Assembly (NCBI GenBank): GCA_963666285.1
Contig: OY762711.1
Strand: one strand, 5' to 3'
DNA: 64,000 bases
Source of the DNA: Sedimentisphaerales bacterium
GTDB lineage: Bacteria > Planctomycetota > Phycisphaerae > Sedimentisphaerales > SM23-30
Under the pieces are notes generated by a model. The model ran no database searches. It was not told the origin of the DNA and saw only the letters and a program-made list of their open reading frames with translations. Positions 1 through 9,700 of this stretch are shown piece by piece; within the stretch, counting starts at the first letter, position 1; each line of letters begins with the position of its first letter. The position numbers and the translations under genes are program-made.

Positions 1-1101
1 ACAAGGGTTATCCTTGGTCAGAATCGGGAATTGCGGCAGCCAGCCGCATTGCTGATACATATGCAGGTAGGAGTCGATCATATCTGACTCTACCTCAGGC
101 TGCAGTACGACACGCAGCGGATGGTGGGCCAGGTAGGTGTCCCATACCCAGTCATCAACATAAAACGGACGATCCGCCTTATGTACCTTTCCATCATAAT
201 TACTGTAATATCGATCGCCTTCGGTAATATCAATCATTCGCTCATAGCAGCGATACAAAGCGGTATAAAAAGTACGACGTCTAGCCTCTGTACCACCTTC
301 AACCTGGATCTGGTCAATTACTTTTGACCATGCTTTCCGGGCGTCATTCTTTACCTGTTCAAACGATTTGCCGGCAATTTCAGTATCGAAGTTTGCCTTT
401 GCCTGTTCCGGGCTGATAAAAGAAATGGCATATCTGAATTCAATGACATCACCAACATTTTTATCAAACTCAGCGGCAACTAATTCCCTGTTGCTGTCGC
501 CTGACAGCTTTTTAAGCTGAAAGAATTTATTGAACCGGCCGTACATATAGGCTTTCATACCATCGAATTCTTCAACTCCGGTAACAGTATCCTCATTTAC
601 CTGCTGGAAACTGCCGCTGCCCTGATGGATCATCAGCTGGACTCTCTTTTCAGAACCCTCATGGAATGTCATCCTGAAAATAGCAGTATTAGCACCGGGA
701 GCAAACTCCGAGGTAACATTATAATCTACCAGCCAGACTGAATAATAATACGGCGTAGAAATTTCGTTTTCAGCATCCCAGGCCGAAATTCCGCGATGAT
801 GCTGATCGCCAACACCAGGCATAATGCCAAAGAGCATACCATGGCGATGAGATTTGAGTGTTAAAGAAAAAGATCGAATCTGGTCATCCAGATAATCCCT
901 TCGATCAGGGTACATCCTGATCATCTTATTAGGAAGCTGAACAGTCGGTCTGGTCGGCTGTAGAATATGGCCGACACCACCAATACTGGGATCAACATAA
1001 GGCAGATTGTCTGCCGCCTGAGCCGAAAGAGATAACGTAAACAATAGTGCCGCCAACACCAAAAACTGCCTGAAAAGGCTGCGCATAATAAATTTATCCA
1101 T
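1..1101 (-). CDS. GH92 family alpha-mannosidase, 5' part (runs off the left edge; not in the ORF track)
   Basis: Manual minus-strand translation: signal peptide, then YVDPSIGGVGHILQPTRPTVQLP, later RRTFYTALYRCYERM and FYVDDWVWDTY, all GH92-like. ATG at 1101 (alternative 1086). Confidence 0.8.
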   Translation of the reverse strand, partial: MDKFIMRSLFRQFLVLAALLFTLSLSAQAADNLPYVDPSIGGVGHILQPTRPTVQLPNKMIRMYPDRRDYLDDQIRSFSLTLKSHRHGMLFGIMPGVGDQHHRGISAWDAENEISTPYYYSVWLVDYNVTSEFAPGANTAIFRMTFHEGSEKRVQLMIHQGSGSFQQVNEDTVTGVEEFDGMKAYMYGRFNKFFQLKKLSGDSNRELVAAEFDKNVGDVIEFRYAISFISPEQAKANFDTEIAGKSFEQVKNDARKAWSKVIDQIQVEGGTEARRRTFYTALYRCYERMIDITEGDRYYSNYDGKVHKADRPFYVDDWVWDTYLAHHPLRVVLQPEVESDMIDSYLHMYQQCGWLPQFPILTKDNPC

Positions 1102-1540
1102 TACTAAACCTTTACGATAAATAAACTTAACTACATTTGGACAAATTGTTCTTACAATTGCTTTTTTGTCCGGTTATTACATTAACTTTGCATTTTAATT
1201 CTTTATAAAAGATAGATTCTAATTAATTAGCGTAAAACATTCAAGTTTTATCCTCTTACACATAACTGCCAAATTATTTTACTATTATAACTATGCCATA
1301 TTTACAAAGTGCCAATGAAAGTTATATATCTACTCTGCAATGAGATACACTCTGATAAAACAGGTGAACAGTCAGCCGCCTGAACTAAACCATTCCTTCG
1401 GCACACCAAACTGTAAAACCTTATTGTCAAACAACTTAAAAACAAAGACGTTATTGATCAAATATTAATCTAAATATATGTCATTTTTTTTCAAAAAAAC
1501 TGGTACCTTCTGAGATATGTATATGGAATAATTAAAACTT

Positions 1541-2059
1541 ATGGATAGTCAGGAAGATAAAAATCAGCACTTCATGCAGCTTTTTTTAACGAGCCAGCGT
1601 CGATTGTATAGTTATGTTATGACAATGGTCGCCAGTCCGACCGATGCTGACGATATTGTACAGGATGTGGCTTCGGTTATGTGGAAAAAGTTCGATGAAT
1701 ATGAACCCGGTACCGATTTCACTGCCTGGGCAATCAAAATCGCCAAGTACAAACTCTATAACTATTACAGAGACAAGGCTACGCATAACAAGAAGTTCAG
1801 CCAGAAAGGAATTGAAATTATTGAGAAAATAGAGTCCCGCCAGGCCGGCAAAGAGGATGCGAGGATTGAGGCACTAAAAAACTGCCTCAACAAGCTTAAA
1901 CAGACTGACCGTGAAATACTATCACTGCGATATGAAGAAGGTCAGACATTAAAAAAACTCTCCGGCAGGCTCGATCTCAATATCAATACCCTTTACAGTA
2001 AAATATCCAAACTTCATAACATGCTTTTGAATTGTGTTAAAAAGTCGATGCACGAATAA
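1541..2059 (+). CDS. ECF RNA polymerase sigma-70 factor
   Basis: Region 2 (DADDIVQDV...F.AW...IAK) and region 4 (CLNKL...REILSLRY...HTH); 172 aa. Confidence 0.92.
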   Translation: MDSQEDKNQHFMQLFLTSQRRLYSYVMTMVASPTDADDIVQDVASVMWKKFDEYEPGTDFTAWAIKIAKYKLYNYYRDKATHNKKFSQKGIEIIEKIESRQAGKEDARIEALKNCLNKLKQTDREILSLRYEEGQTLKKLSGRLDLNINTLYSKISKLHNMLLNCVKKSMHE

Positions 2060-2061
2060 AT

Positions 2062-3762
2062 ATGGATGCAAACTCTAAAAAACGTTTATATATTTTGCTC
2101 AACGCGTTACGTGAAGATGTAATCACCAAGGAGCAATTTGCCGAACTTGACAATATCGTTTGCCAGGACGAACAGGCTGCCCTGGAATACGTGCGTTATG
2201 TCCAGTTGTGGACTGATATGCACTTTTTCCGCGCTGCTACAAACAATACCAGTTTAGGTGAGCTGTATACAGCAAGCGAAGAATGCCTCGAAAAAGACAA
2301 AGACCTTCAGTATTTGAAGTACCTGATAGATATGGAAAACAATGCACCGGCGTTGGAAACTCCAAAAGCAATCCCAGAACCCGAAGTCATTAAAGTAAGA
2401 CAAGAGCGTCCGATCGTAAAAAAAATCTCTCTGATATACAATACACTGATATATTCAGCTGCCATGCTATTGATTTCCCTATTAATTTTCGGTCACTATT
2501 CGGCAAAAAAATATGGTGTTCCTGCCGCACGGCTGACAGACATGATTAATACAAAATGGGGAAAGGGTACCAAATCATTTGCTATAAACGATCAATTATA
2601 TACCAACAAAAATCCTATGCGGCTGATTGACGGCATTGCAAAAATCGAATTTACCAGCGGTGTCAAGGTTGTAATTGAGGGCCCGGCAGTATTTGAAATC
2701 AACCGGGAAAGCATATTCCTGGAATATGGTCGACTTTATAGTAAGGTATCAGAAACGGGCCTGGGCTTCTCCGTTAAAACTTCTACCTCACAATTTGTTG
2801 ACCATGGTACAGAGTTCGGAATACTTGCCGAACAGAATGGCTCTTCTGAGCTTCATGTCATAAAAGGTAAAGTTCAGTTATTCGCCGGCACGGAAGGCAG
2901 CTCCAGGTACAGCCAGATGATCAAAGAAGATCAGGCAATATGCTACGATGTCGAAAACAACATTATCAACTCTATCCAGATTCAGAAAAAAGCTTTTGTC
3001 AGAGAGATTTCTTCTCAGAACCATATGATCTGGAACGGACAAGACATCAACCTGGCCGACATTGTTGGCGGCGGTAATGGTTTCGGGACCGGGGAAATCG
3101 GAAAAGGTATTTCACTTACCAACGGCTCGAACATTTCCGACTTTAACTGGATTGAACGTCAAGGCAGTACAGAGTATCACAAGGTTAACAACTCTCCGTA
3201 TATTGACGGAGTAATTGTACCTGACTCAGAAGACGGTCTGCTGCAGGTATCTTCGGCAGGACATACATTTAAAGAATGTCCGAATACCAGCGGAATATAT
3301 TATGATGATGTTCGTAATGGCGGAATGATCCACATCTCGGAAGCAAGAGATGCAGCAAAAGCGATATACACCCAGGAAACATCTCCTATGATGTTCAACG
3401 GTCAACAATATGGAACACAGTACAACCCGCTGCTGTTTATACATTCTAATGCATGTATTACCTTTGACCTGAACGCAATCCGCAGTTCTATGCCCGACTA
3501 TAACCTTACATCATTTAAAGCCGGCTGCGGGCTGCTGGAAAGACCTGAAATAGAAAGAATTGAAAAAGTCGACGTATTCGTTCTCGTTGACGGGAACGTT
3601 AAATTCGAGATCCTTGGCTTTGATCAAAACAACAAAGAGCTGCCGGTATATATCCCGCTGACAGAAAGCGACCAATATTTAACACTGGTAGTAACAGACG
3701 GCGGAGACGGTATCGCTATCGACTGGGTAGGCTTTATCGAACCGATACTGGAAGTAAACTAA
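2062..3762 (+). CDS. FecR-like anti-sigma factor with C-terminal NPCBM-like carbohydrate-binding domain
   Basis: Starts 2 nt after the sigma gene; one TM helix; FecR motifs (VIEGPAVF, VDHGTEFG, ELHVIKGKV); C-terminal FIHSNACITFDL...LTLVVTDGGDG...DW. Confidence 0.8.
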   Translation: MDANSKKRLYILLNALREDVITKEQFAELDNIVCQDEQAALEYVRYVQLWTDMHFFRAATNNTSLGELYTASEECLEKDKDLQYLKYLIDMENNAPALETPKAIPEPEVIKVRQERPIVKKISLIYNTLIYSAAMLLISLLIFGHYSAKKYGVPAARLTDMINTKWGKGTKSFAINDQLYTNKNPMRLIDGIAKIEFTSGVKVVIEGPAVFEINRESIFLEYGRLYSKVSETGLGFSVKTSTSQFVDHGTEFGILAEQNGSSELHVIKGKVQLFAGTEGSSRYSQMIKEDQAICYDVENNIINSIQIQKKAFVREISSQNHMIWNGQDINLADIVGGGNGFGTGEIGKGISLTNGSNISDFNWIERQGSTEYHKVNNSPYIDGVIVPDSEDGLLQVSSAGHTFKECPNTSGIYYDDVRNGGMIHISEARDAAKAIYTQETSPMMFNGQQYGTQYNPLLFIHSNACITFDLNAIRSSMPDYNLTSFKAGCGLLERPEIERIEKVDVFVLVDGNVKFEILGFDQNNKELPVYIPLTESDQYLTLVVTDGGDGIAIDWVGFIEPILEVN

Positions 3763-3881
3763 ATATTTTTCACACTAGTCAAAATTGTTTGACAGATAGT
3801 TAATGTGTAATTGTACAAAACATGGATGGATTTTTCCTTAAAGGATTTTGTTAACGTTTATTATTTTTGGAGGTTTAAGAG

Positions 3882-4448
3882 ATGAACAAGTATGTAAGTT
3901 TTTTGCTGGTAGTTTTATCAATGGCTTCTTCTGTCCAGGCAAACGTCATTTCAAACGGCAGTTTTGAAACCGGTGACACTGCAGACTGGTGGACCGAACA
4001 AACCGGTACTGCATCAGTAAGTATCGACAACACTATCGCATCTGACGGCGACTACAGCCTGCTGGCAGTTTCAACGGGAGACAACTGGACAGAAGAAGCC
4101 AGGTTCGGTCAGTATTTTGATTTCGCAGCAAGTGCAGAAGGCAACGAACTCATCGTTTCTTTTGACTATTATGCCGCCAGCGGAGGATTGATTGGCATTA
4201 ACCTTGATTATTACACCGATGGGAAACACTGGCTCGGATGGTCAGAAATCACACCGACTACAGATGAGTGGGTTAATGCTGAAATTACTTACGCTCTACC
4301 GACAGGAACAACTGCCATTGATTTGAAATTCATTGTTACCGGCGATTCAGCAATAAACTTCGATAATTTCAGTGCAACTGTACCGGAACCGGCATCTATG
4401 ATGCTTTTAGGGATTGGTGCTTTGGCTGCACTGAGAAAAAGGAAATAA
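3882..4448 (+). CDS. PEP-CTERM surface protein with CBM4/9-like domain
   Basis: Signal peptide, NGSFETG start, C-terminal VPEPASMMLLGIGALAALRKRK; GGAGG RBS. Confidence 0.9.
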   Translation: MNKYVSFLLVVLSMASSVQANVISNGSFETGDTADWWTEQTGTASVSIDNTIASDGDYSLLAVSTGDNWTEEARFGQYFDFAASAEGNELIVSFDYYAASGGLIGINLDYYTDGKHWLGWSEITPTTDEWVNAEITYALPTGTTAIDLKFIVTGDSAINFDNFSATVPEPASMMLLGIGALAALRKRK

Positions 4449-4479
4449 AATCGGAGATCTAATTTGTAAGTTTTAACCA

Positions 4480-4515
4480 GATTCTGCTGAGAACATTCAG
4501 GTTATCAGCAGAATC
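4480..4515 (+). terminator. Intergenic hairpin (terminator or mRNA-stabilising)
   Basis: GATTCTGCTGA ... TCAGCAGAATC inverted repeat after the PEP-CTERM gene. Confidence 0.55.
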
Positions 4516-4631
4516 ATCTTTAAAAAACGATAAAGACTGGAAGATAATCAGTTATTTATGTTCACACAATTATGTAACAACACAGGAAGATGTTGTTATG
4601 ATCTAAATAATTTAAATTGGAGGTAACGGTT

Positions 4632-6506
4632 ATGAAAAAGTTCTTTTTGATGTTATTGGTATTTGCGATACCCGCTTTGGTACAGGCCGAGAACGTAATC
4701 ATCAATGGCAGCTTTGAAACTGGAGATGCTTCGGACTGGTGGACCGAGCAAACCGGCACGGCTGCTGTAAGCATTAGTGACAGCATGGCATCCAGCGGCA
4801 CTTATAGTCTTCTGGCTACTTCGGCAGGAACCAACTGGACAGAAGAAGCTCGATTCGGCAATTCCATTGAGTTCGAAGCCAGTGTCGAAGGAGATGAAAT
4901 CACTATTTATTTTGACTATTACGCTGTCAGCGGCGGACTCATTGGCATCAACATTGATTATTACACCGATGCCAAACACTGGCTCGGCTGGTCAGAAATT
5001 ACCCCTACTACAGGCGAGTGGGTTAACGCTGAAATCACTTACACACTCCCGACAGGAACATATGCCCTCGATGTAAAATTTATCGTTACCGGCGAATCCG
5101 AAATATACTTTGACAACTTTACAACAGACCCGTCTCCGATATCTCTTACCAGCCCGCCGGACGGAGATGAAATCGGTACAGACGTAACTCTGGAATGGAG
5201 CTACCTGGAAAATGTCGACACTATCGATCTGTATCTGGGTACCGAAGATGATCCCAACCTGACAGACGCTGCTTACCTGGTATTGAGCAACGAGCCTAGT
5301 ACAACATCTTCATACAGCACTACACTCGCTCCTGCAACCTATTACTGGAAAGTAGTAGGCTATATGGCAGACGGACAAGGCGGCACAATTTCTAAAGACA
5401 GCGCAGTATGGAGTTTCACTATCGTTGAAGCACCTGAGATTGTTACCATGACACCATACGGACAATCGGTGCCCGGTGATGGGAGTACCGATGCTACAAT
5501 CGCCGCTGCCGGATATAATCTCGATACCGCTTCAGCCATATGGAGTAAAAACGGTATCGAACTGAGCACCTCTGACCTGAATTACAGCGGAGCAGACTCT
5601 ACTACCCTGACCATCCACGATGTCACACTCGAAGATGAGGGTATTTACTCATGCCGGGTATATAACACCGAAGGAGAAGATACAGCTAACGCCGTTGTTG
5701 TTACCGAACGTTTAATAAGCTGGTGGAAACTGGACGGCAACCTGGATGATTCAGTTCAGGAAGCAGTGCCGGGAGCACAGGTATTCAACGGCACAGTTGA
5801 CCCGCAAACAGTATTCACTGCCGATGGCAGCGGACTAGACGGCGGCGATTCAGTAATTCTCGGCATTGACGATCCAAACTGCCCGTTCCTACAGATCGAT
5901 GGCACCGAGGAAATGTTCAATTTCTATGAAGATTCTTTAACAGTAAATGCCTGGATTCGAACATCATATGTCAGCAGTAGTGCATGGCCGGCGGTTATGT
6001 CGAAATCAAACGGCTCGAAGGGATACTTTGCCGCTTTGGATGGTGAAAGCCAGGCTCTGTCAGAAGTTGACGGCAACCGGGTTTACTCCAATATCCCGGA
6101 CCTCGCTGACGATCAGTGGCATATGGTAACAGTTACTTATGACGGTTCCATTCAAAAAGTATATGTTGACGGTAACCTGCGAGCTACCGGCTCTGCCGGA
6201 TTGGCTAACGCTTCCGGCAATGCTGCTCCAATAATAATCGGAGCATGGAACAGCACATCAGCAGACGCTGATTTTGACGGCAATATAGATAATGTCATGA
6301 TTTACAGTAAGGTTTTGACCGGCACAGAGATCGGCGAATTCTATGTCGCTAATCACCCTGGTGTTGATTCCATATGTAATTATGAATTGCCGGGACTGGA
6401 TTTTGACACTAACGGAAACTGCAGAATAGATATTGCTGATTTCGCAAACTTTGCCGCTACCTGGCTGAACTGCAACCTTATACCTGCATCAGCCTGTGAT
6501 AATTAA
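4632..6506 (+). CDS. Secreted multidomain protein (CBM-like, Ig-like, LamG/ConA-like, dockerin-like tail)
   Basis: ATG 4632 follows GGAGG; Ig motif (LTIHDVTLEDEGIYSC); LamG (WHMVTVTYDG...YVDG...FDGNIDNVMIY); tail DTNGNCRIDIADFANFAATWL. Confidence 0.85.
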   Translation: MKKFFLMLLVFAIPALVQAENVIINGSFETGDASDWWTEQTGTAAVSISDSMASSGTYSLLATSAGTNWTEEARFGNSIEFEASVEGDEITIYFDYYAVSGGLIGINIDYYTDAKHWLGWSEITPTTGEWVNAEITYTLPTGTYALDVKFIVTGESEIYFDNFTTDPSPISLTSPPDGDEIGTDVTLEWSYLENVDTIDLYLGTEDDPNLTDAAYLVLSNEPSTTSSYSTTLAPATYYWKVVGYMADGQGGTISKDSAVWSFTIVEAPEIVTMTPYGQSVPGDGSTDATIAAAGYNLDTASAIWSKNGIELSTSDLNYSGADSTTLTIHDVTLEDEGIYSCRVYNTEGEDTANAVVVTERLISWWKLDGNLDDSVQEAVPGAQVFNGTVDPQTVFTADGSGLDGGDSVILGIDDPNCPFLQIDGTEEMFNFYEDSLTVNAWIRTSYVSSSAWPAVMSKSNGSKGYFAALDGESQALSEVDGNRVYSNIPDLADDQWHMVTVTYDGSIQKVYVDGNLRATGSAGLANASGNAAPIIIGAWNSTSADADFDGNIDNVMIYSKVLTGTEIGEFYVANHPGVDSICNYELPGLDFDTNGNCRIDIADFANFAATWLNCNLIPASACDN

Positions 6507-6539
6507 AATGCAATCGAAAAATACATGAATAGGAGATTG

Positions 6540-6576
6540 CAGGGGATTCCCGGTTAAATGGGAATCCCTGTTTTTA
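6540..6576 (+). terminator. Rho-independent terminator
   Basis: CAGGGGATTCCC...GGGAATCCCTG followed by a T run. Confidence 0.8.
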
Positions 6577-6577
6577 T

Positions 6578-6757
6578 TAGAGCACTTTAATATTTTCTGT
6601 TCCGATTTATGCCTCTGTGAGGACGAGGCTGATGAAGAAGAAAACACAGGAATATTGATATATTACGAGTATTTCTGATGAAGTCAGCCAAAGCCGCAAC
6701 AGGCAAAAAGCGAACACGCCACAAAGTGATGCGAAGCATAAAAATTAAATTGCTCTA
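6578..6757. mobile_element. MITE-like foldback element (about 180 bp)
   Basis: Terminal inverted repeats TAGAGCACTTTAAT / ATTAAATTGCTCTA, TA at both ends, nested internal inverted repeats, no ORF. Confidence 0.6.
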
Positions 6758-8185
6758 ATCCGTAGAACTTATTTGCCATTCTTTCGGGATTGTATAATCA
6801 CCTTTGCCCGCATCATATGGGGGAATATTGTTTTTCGGTTGCAACTTGCGAAATTCCGTAAAATCAGCTATCAGTTTATTGACAGTATCCGGATATTCTT
6901 TTGATACATCTTTTTCCTCATTCGGATCGCTTGCTATTTTATATAGTTTGACATCATGAGCATCTTTACGGCCATTAATAAGACTAGGGCCGTGAACAAC
7001 AAGTTTCCACTGACCGGAAATAAATCCGACCCATTCATCATGCTCGCCAGACTGGCCATGATAGAAATATAAATTCCGGGCTGACAGATTATTTTCCTTG
7101 CCTGTTAGCAGCGGCACCAGGTCAACACCATCCAGCTTCTTGCACCCAACCTCATCCGAGGACAGCCCGGCAAGGTCCATCACGGTCGGCAGTATATCTA
7201 TAAAAGCAGTCGGAACAGTAACCTTTCGCCCGCCCGGGAAAAAATCAGGATATTTTACACAGGAAACCGTACGCACTCCGCCTTCAAAAGATGTCAGTTT
7301 CGAGCCATGCAGCGGTTTATTATTATCCCTGATATTGCCAACCCCGCCATTATCACTAAAGAACCAGACCAGGGTATTGTCCGCCTGGCCGGTAGCTTCC
7401 ACGGCATCGAGTATGCGGCCGACCTCATCATCCATTGCCGTTATCATGGCAAAATATATCTGCCTGTTCTTTCCTTTTATGTGCGAATATCTATCTATAT
7501 ATTCCTGGGGAGCCTGAAACGGCGAATGAGGAGCATTAAAAGGCACATAGCAGAAATACGGCTTACCTGACCTGACAGAGCGGCTGATAAAATCCGCGGC
7601 GGCTTTGCCGATAAGGTTTGTGGTATAACCCTGCTCATAATTTGACTGTTCATTATGATGCCAGTCAAGCTCACCTTCACGCTGATGGGTAAAGTAATCG
7701 ATCGCCCCGTTATAGCAGCCTAGAAACTCGGTAAACCCGCGGCTGCACGGATGCCATTTAACCTGCTGATGGCCGAGATGCCATTTACCGAATATGCCGC
7801 GGTTAACATAACCGGCCCTGGCCAGGGCCTCTGCGATAGTAACCTCTTCGGTATCCAGCCCAAAATTACGCCATGGCGGCACAACAGCACGTGCCATGCC
7901 GAACCGGATCGGATATCGACCGGTCATAAGCCCGGCACGAGTCGGCGAACACATCGGGGAAACATAAAAATTATCCAGCTCGATCCCGGCCTTACACAAC
8001 TTATCAATATTAGGTGTCTTAACTTCCGGGTTATGATAGCCTACCGCATTCCAGCCGAGATCATCGGCCAGGATAATAACAATATTTGGTTTGGCCGCAC
8101 CTCCGCCAGCAGCAATAACACTACTAACACCAAAACACAAAATTAACAGCAAAACAGCAAAACAATTTCTTTTTTTCATTTTCAA
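6755..8185 (-). CDS. Arylsulfatase (formylglycine-dependent S1 sulfatase)
   Basis: PNIVIILADDLG, CSPTRAGLMTGR, GKWHLG, SDNG; signal peptide. Confidence 0.95.
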   Translation of the reverse strand: MKMKKRNCFAVLLLILCFGVSSVIAAGGGAAKPNIVIILADDLGWNAVGYHNPEVKTPNIDKLCKAGIELDNFYVSPMCSPTRAGLMTGRYPIRFGMARAVVPPWRNFGLDTEEVTIAEALARAGYVNRGIFGKWHLGHQQVKWHPCSRGFTEFLGCYNGAIDYFTHQREGELDWHHNEQSNYEQGYTTNLIGKAAADFISRSVRSGKPYFCYVPFNAPHSPFQAPQEYIDRYSHIKGKNRQIYFAMITAMDDEVGRILDAVEATGQADNTLVWFFSDNGGVGNIRDNNKPLHGSKLTSFEGGVRTVSCVKYPDFFPGGRKVTVPTAFIDILPTVMDLAGLSSDEVGCKKLDGVDLVPLLTGKENNLSARNLYFYHGQSGEHDEWVGFISGQWKLVVHGPSLINGRKDAHDVKLYKIASDPNEEKDVSKEYPDTVNKLIADFTEFRKLQPKNNIPPYDAGKGDYTIPKEWQISSTD

Positions 8186-8326
8186 TACTCCTGGGTGACA
8201 AAAAACAATACCTTTTGTATTATTCTATACGAAACGGGAAAATGGGACAAAAAAATTATGTTTCTCATTAGATATCATCATAAAATCAGTATATTTGCTT
8301 TTTCATTACTAATGTTTTGGTTTATA

Positions 8327-9663
8327 ACTGAACTTTTGCAAAATTAGGGTAAAGCTAATTGTACTTTAATACGTTTAAAACTTGTTCCGTTGGATTCGAT
8401 TTGATCAACCACCCAAGCGATTGTATTGCTGAGAGTTTCTCGCATAACTGCCATACAAGATTGTCCTATGGTCGTCAGGCGTTCTCGTGCCCATTCACAC
8501 ACACGGTTCTGCTGCATTTGAGTCAAAAGTACGCTATACGCCAGAAACACCATGTACATGTGTCTTGTCTGACCCAGGCCGCTTCTAAGCTGACAGTCGC
8601 CCATGCCCAAATACTGCTTGCCGTCTCGATGAAAGCACTCTGTGCCTTGCCAGCGGCAGCGATAGACCTTCAGGATACGAATCGCTTCCCAGTTGCATCG
8701 ATTGCAAACCAGAATCTTTTTAGGTTCAATATCATTCTTTTTATGCCAGATAATCAGGATACGTACTTTGTGGTCTACACCAGGAATCCTGATACTTTTA
8801 GTAAAGTAATATTGGCGATGCTTGCCAATAGTTATGAGTTTTTTGATTTCAGGGTCAATAGATTTGGCTACTTCTTCAGCCTTTATTACTTTGCCCTGAA
8901 ATATAGTCTTACGATTTGTTTTCAAATCACCAACATAATTACGTTCATACTGGTTTATATGGTTAAGGTTGTCGCTATGGGTAAACCAGCTATCGAAGGT
9001 AAAGTCACCGGGAATATCGTTAGCTACAGTCCAGTCAACCAGATTGCGGAAAAGGATATTATGATCCTGAAATTCAATGCCCCGTTCCAGACAATCTTCT
9101 TTTTTGACAAATCTGTAAAACTCCAAAGGATAATGTTTCCCGGAATTACAGACATAATTGGCTATCAGGTAATCATGGGCTATTTTATTACGTTGATCTG
9201 CATGATCCCAGAAATATCCTACATCCTCAATATGTTTACCACTATGGTCTATCAGAACATTATCAAGGGCAATAACCCCAGAATCGCTATATCTGGTTTT
9301 AGGGTCTTTCTGCAGCCACTCCAGTCTGGCAGTGTTAAGCGATTCTTCGTCCCATTCAACATCGGTGAGAAACCGGTTGAGACAGGATTGATCAGAGGCA
9401 AATGCAAATTCCCTGTTGATGGCAGAGACGTTTTTCTTGCGGGCAATGATAAGACCGGTGATATACTCAGCAAAATGACGACGTTCAGGCTCATTTTGAA
9501 AATGATCGCCAAATTCATCGACAGCTTGCTGGACTACTGTAGGGTATTGTACTATAGCTGGCATACCAAAATCCTTTCTGGGTTTTCGGAGTGCTCTGCT
9601 ATCAAATTTTATCGGTCTATACCACATTTTAACGTTAATTTTTTAATTTTGCAAAAGTTCAGT
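8327..9663 (-). mobile_element. IS701-family insertion sequence
   Basis: Perfect 20-bp inverted repeats ACTGAACTTTTGCAAAATTA / TAATTTTGCAAAAGTTCAGT; TATA on both flanks (probable target duplication). Confidence 0.85.
8344..9627 (-). CDS. IS701-family DDE transposase
   Basis: IALDNVL, FDSWF, YRCRWQGTECFHRDGKQYLG motifs. True start may be the internal Met (MPAIVQ). Confidence 0.88.
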   Translation of the reverse strand: MWYRPIKFDSRALRKPRKDFGMPAIVQYPTVVQQAVDEFGDHFQNEPERRHFAEYITGLIIARKKNVSAINREFAFASDQSCLNRFLTDVEWDEESLNTARLEWLQKDPKTRYSDSGVIALDNVLIDHSGKHIEDVGYFWDHADQRNKIAHDYLIANYVCNSGKHYPLEFYRFVKKEDCLERGIEFQDHNILFRNLVDWTVANDIPGDFTFDSWFTHSDNLNHINQYERNYVGDLKTNRKTIFQGKVIKAEEVAKSIDPEIKKLITIGKHRQYYFTKSIRIPGVDHKVRILIIWHKKNDIEPKKILVCNRCNWEAIRILKVYRCRWQGTECFHRDGKQYLGMGDCQLRSGLGQTRHMYMVFLAYSVLLTQMQQNRVCEWARERLTTIGQSCMAVMRETLSNTIAWVVDQIESNGTSFKRIKVQLALP

Positions 9664-9700
9664 TATAATTTATCGAAAATATGACATTTTAGTATTGTTT

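Noticed and set aside
6625..6700. Hammerhead ribozyme (two CTGATGA motifs)
   Set aside because: No stem II between CTGATGA and GAAA, and no matching stems I and III could be built.
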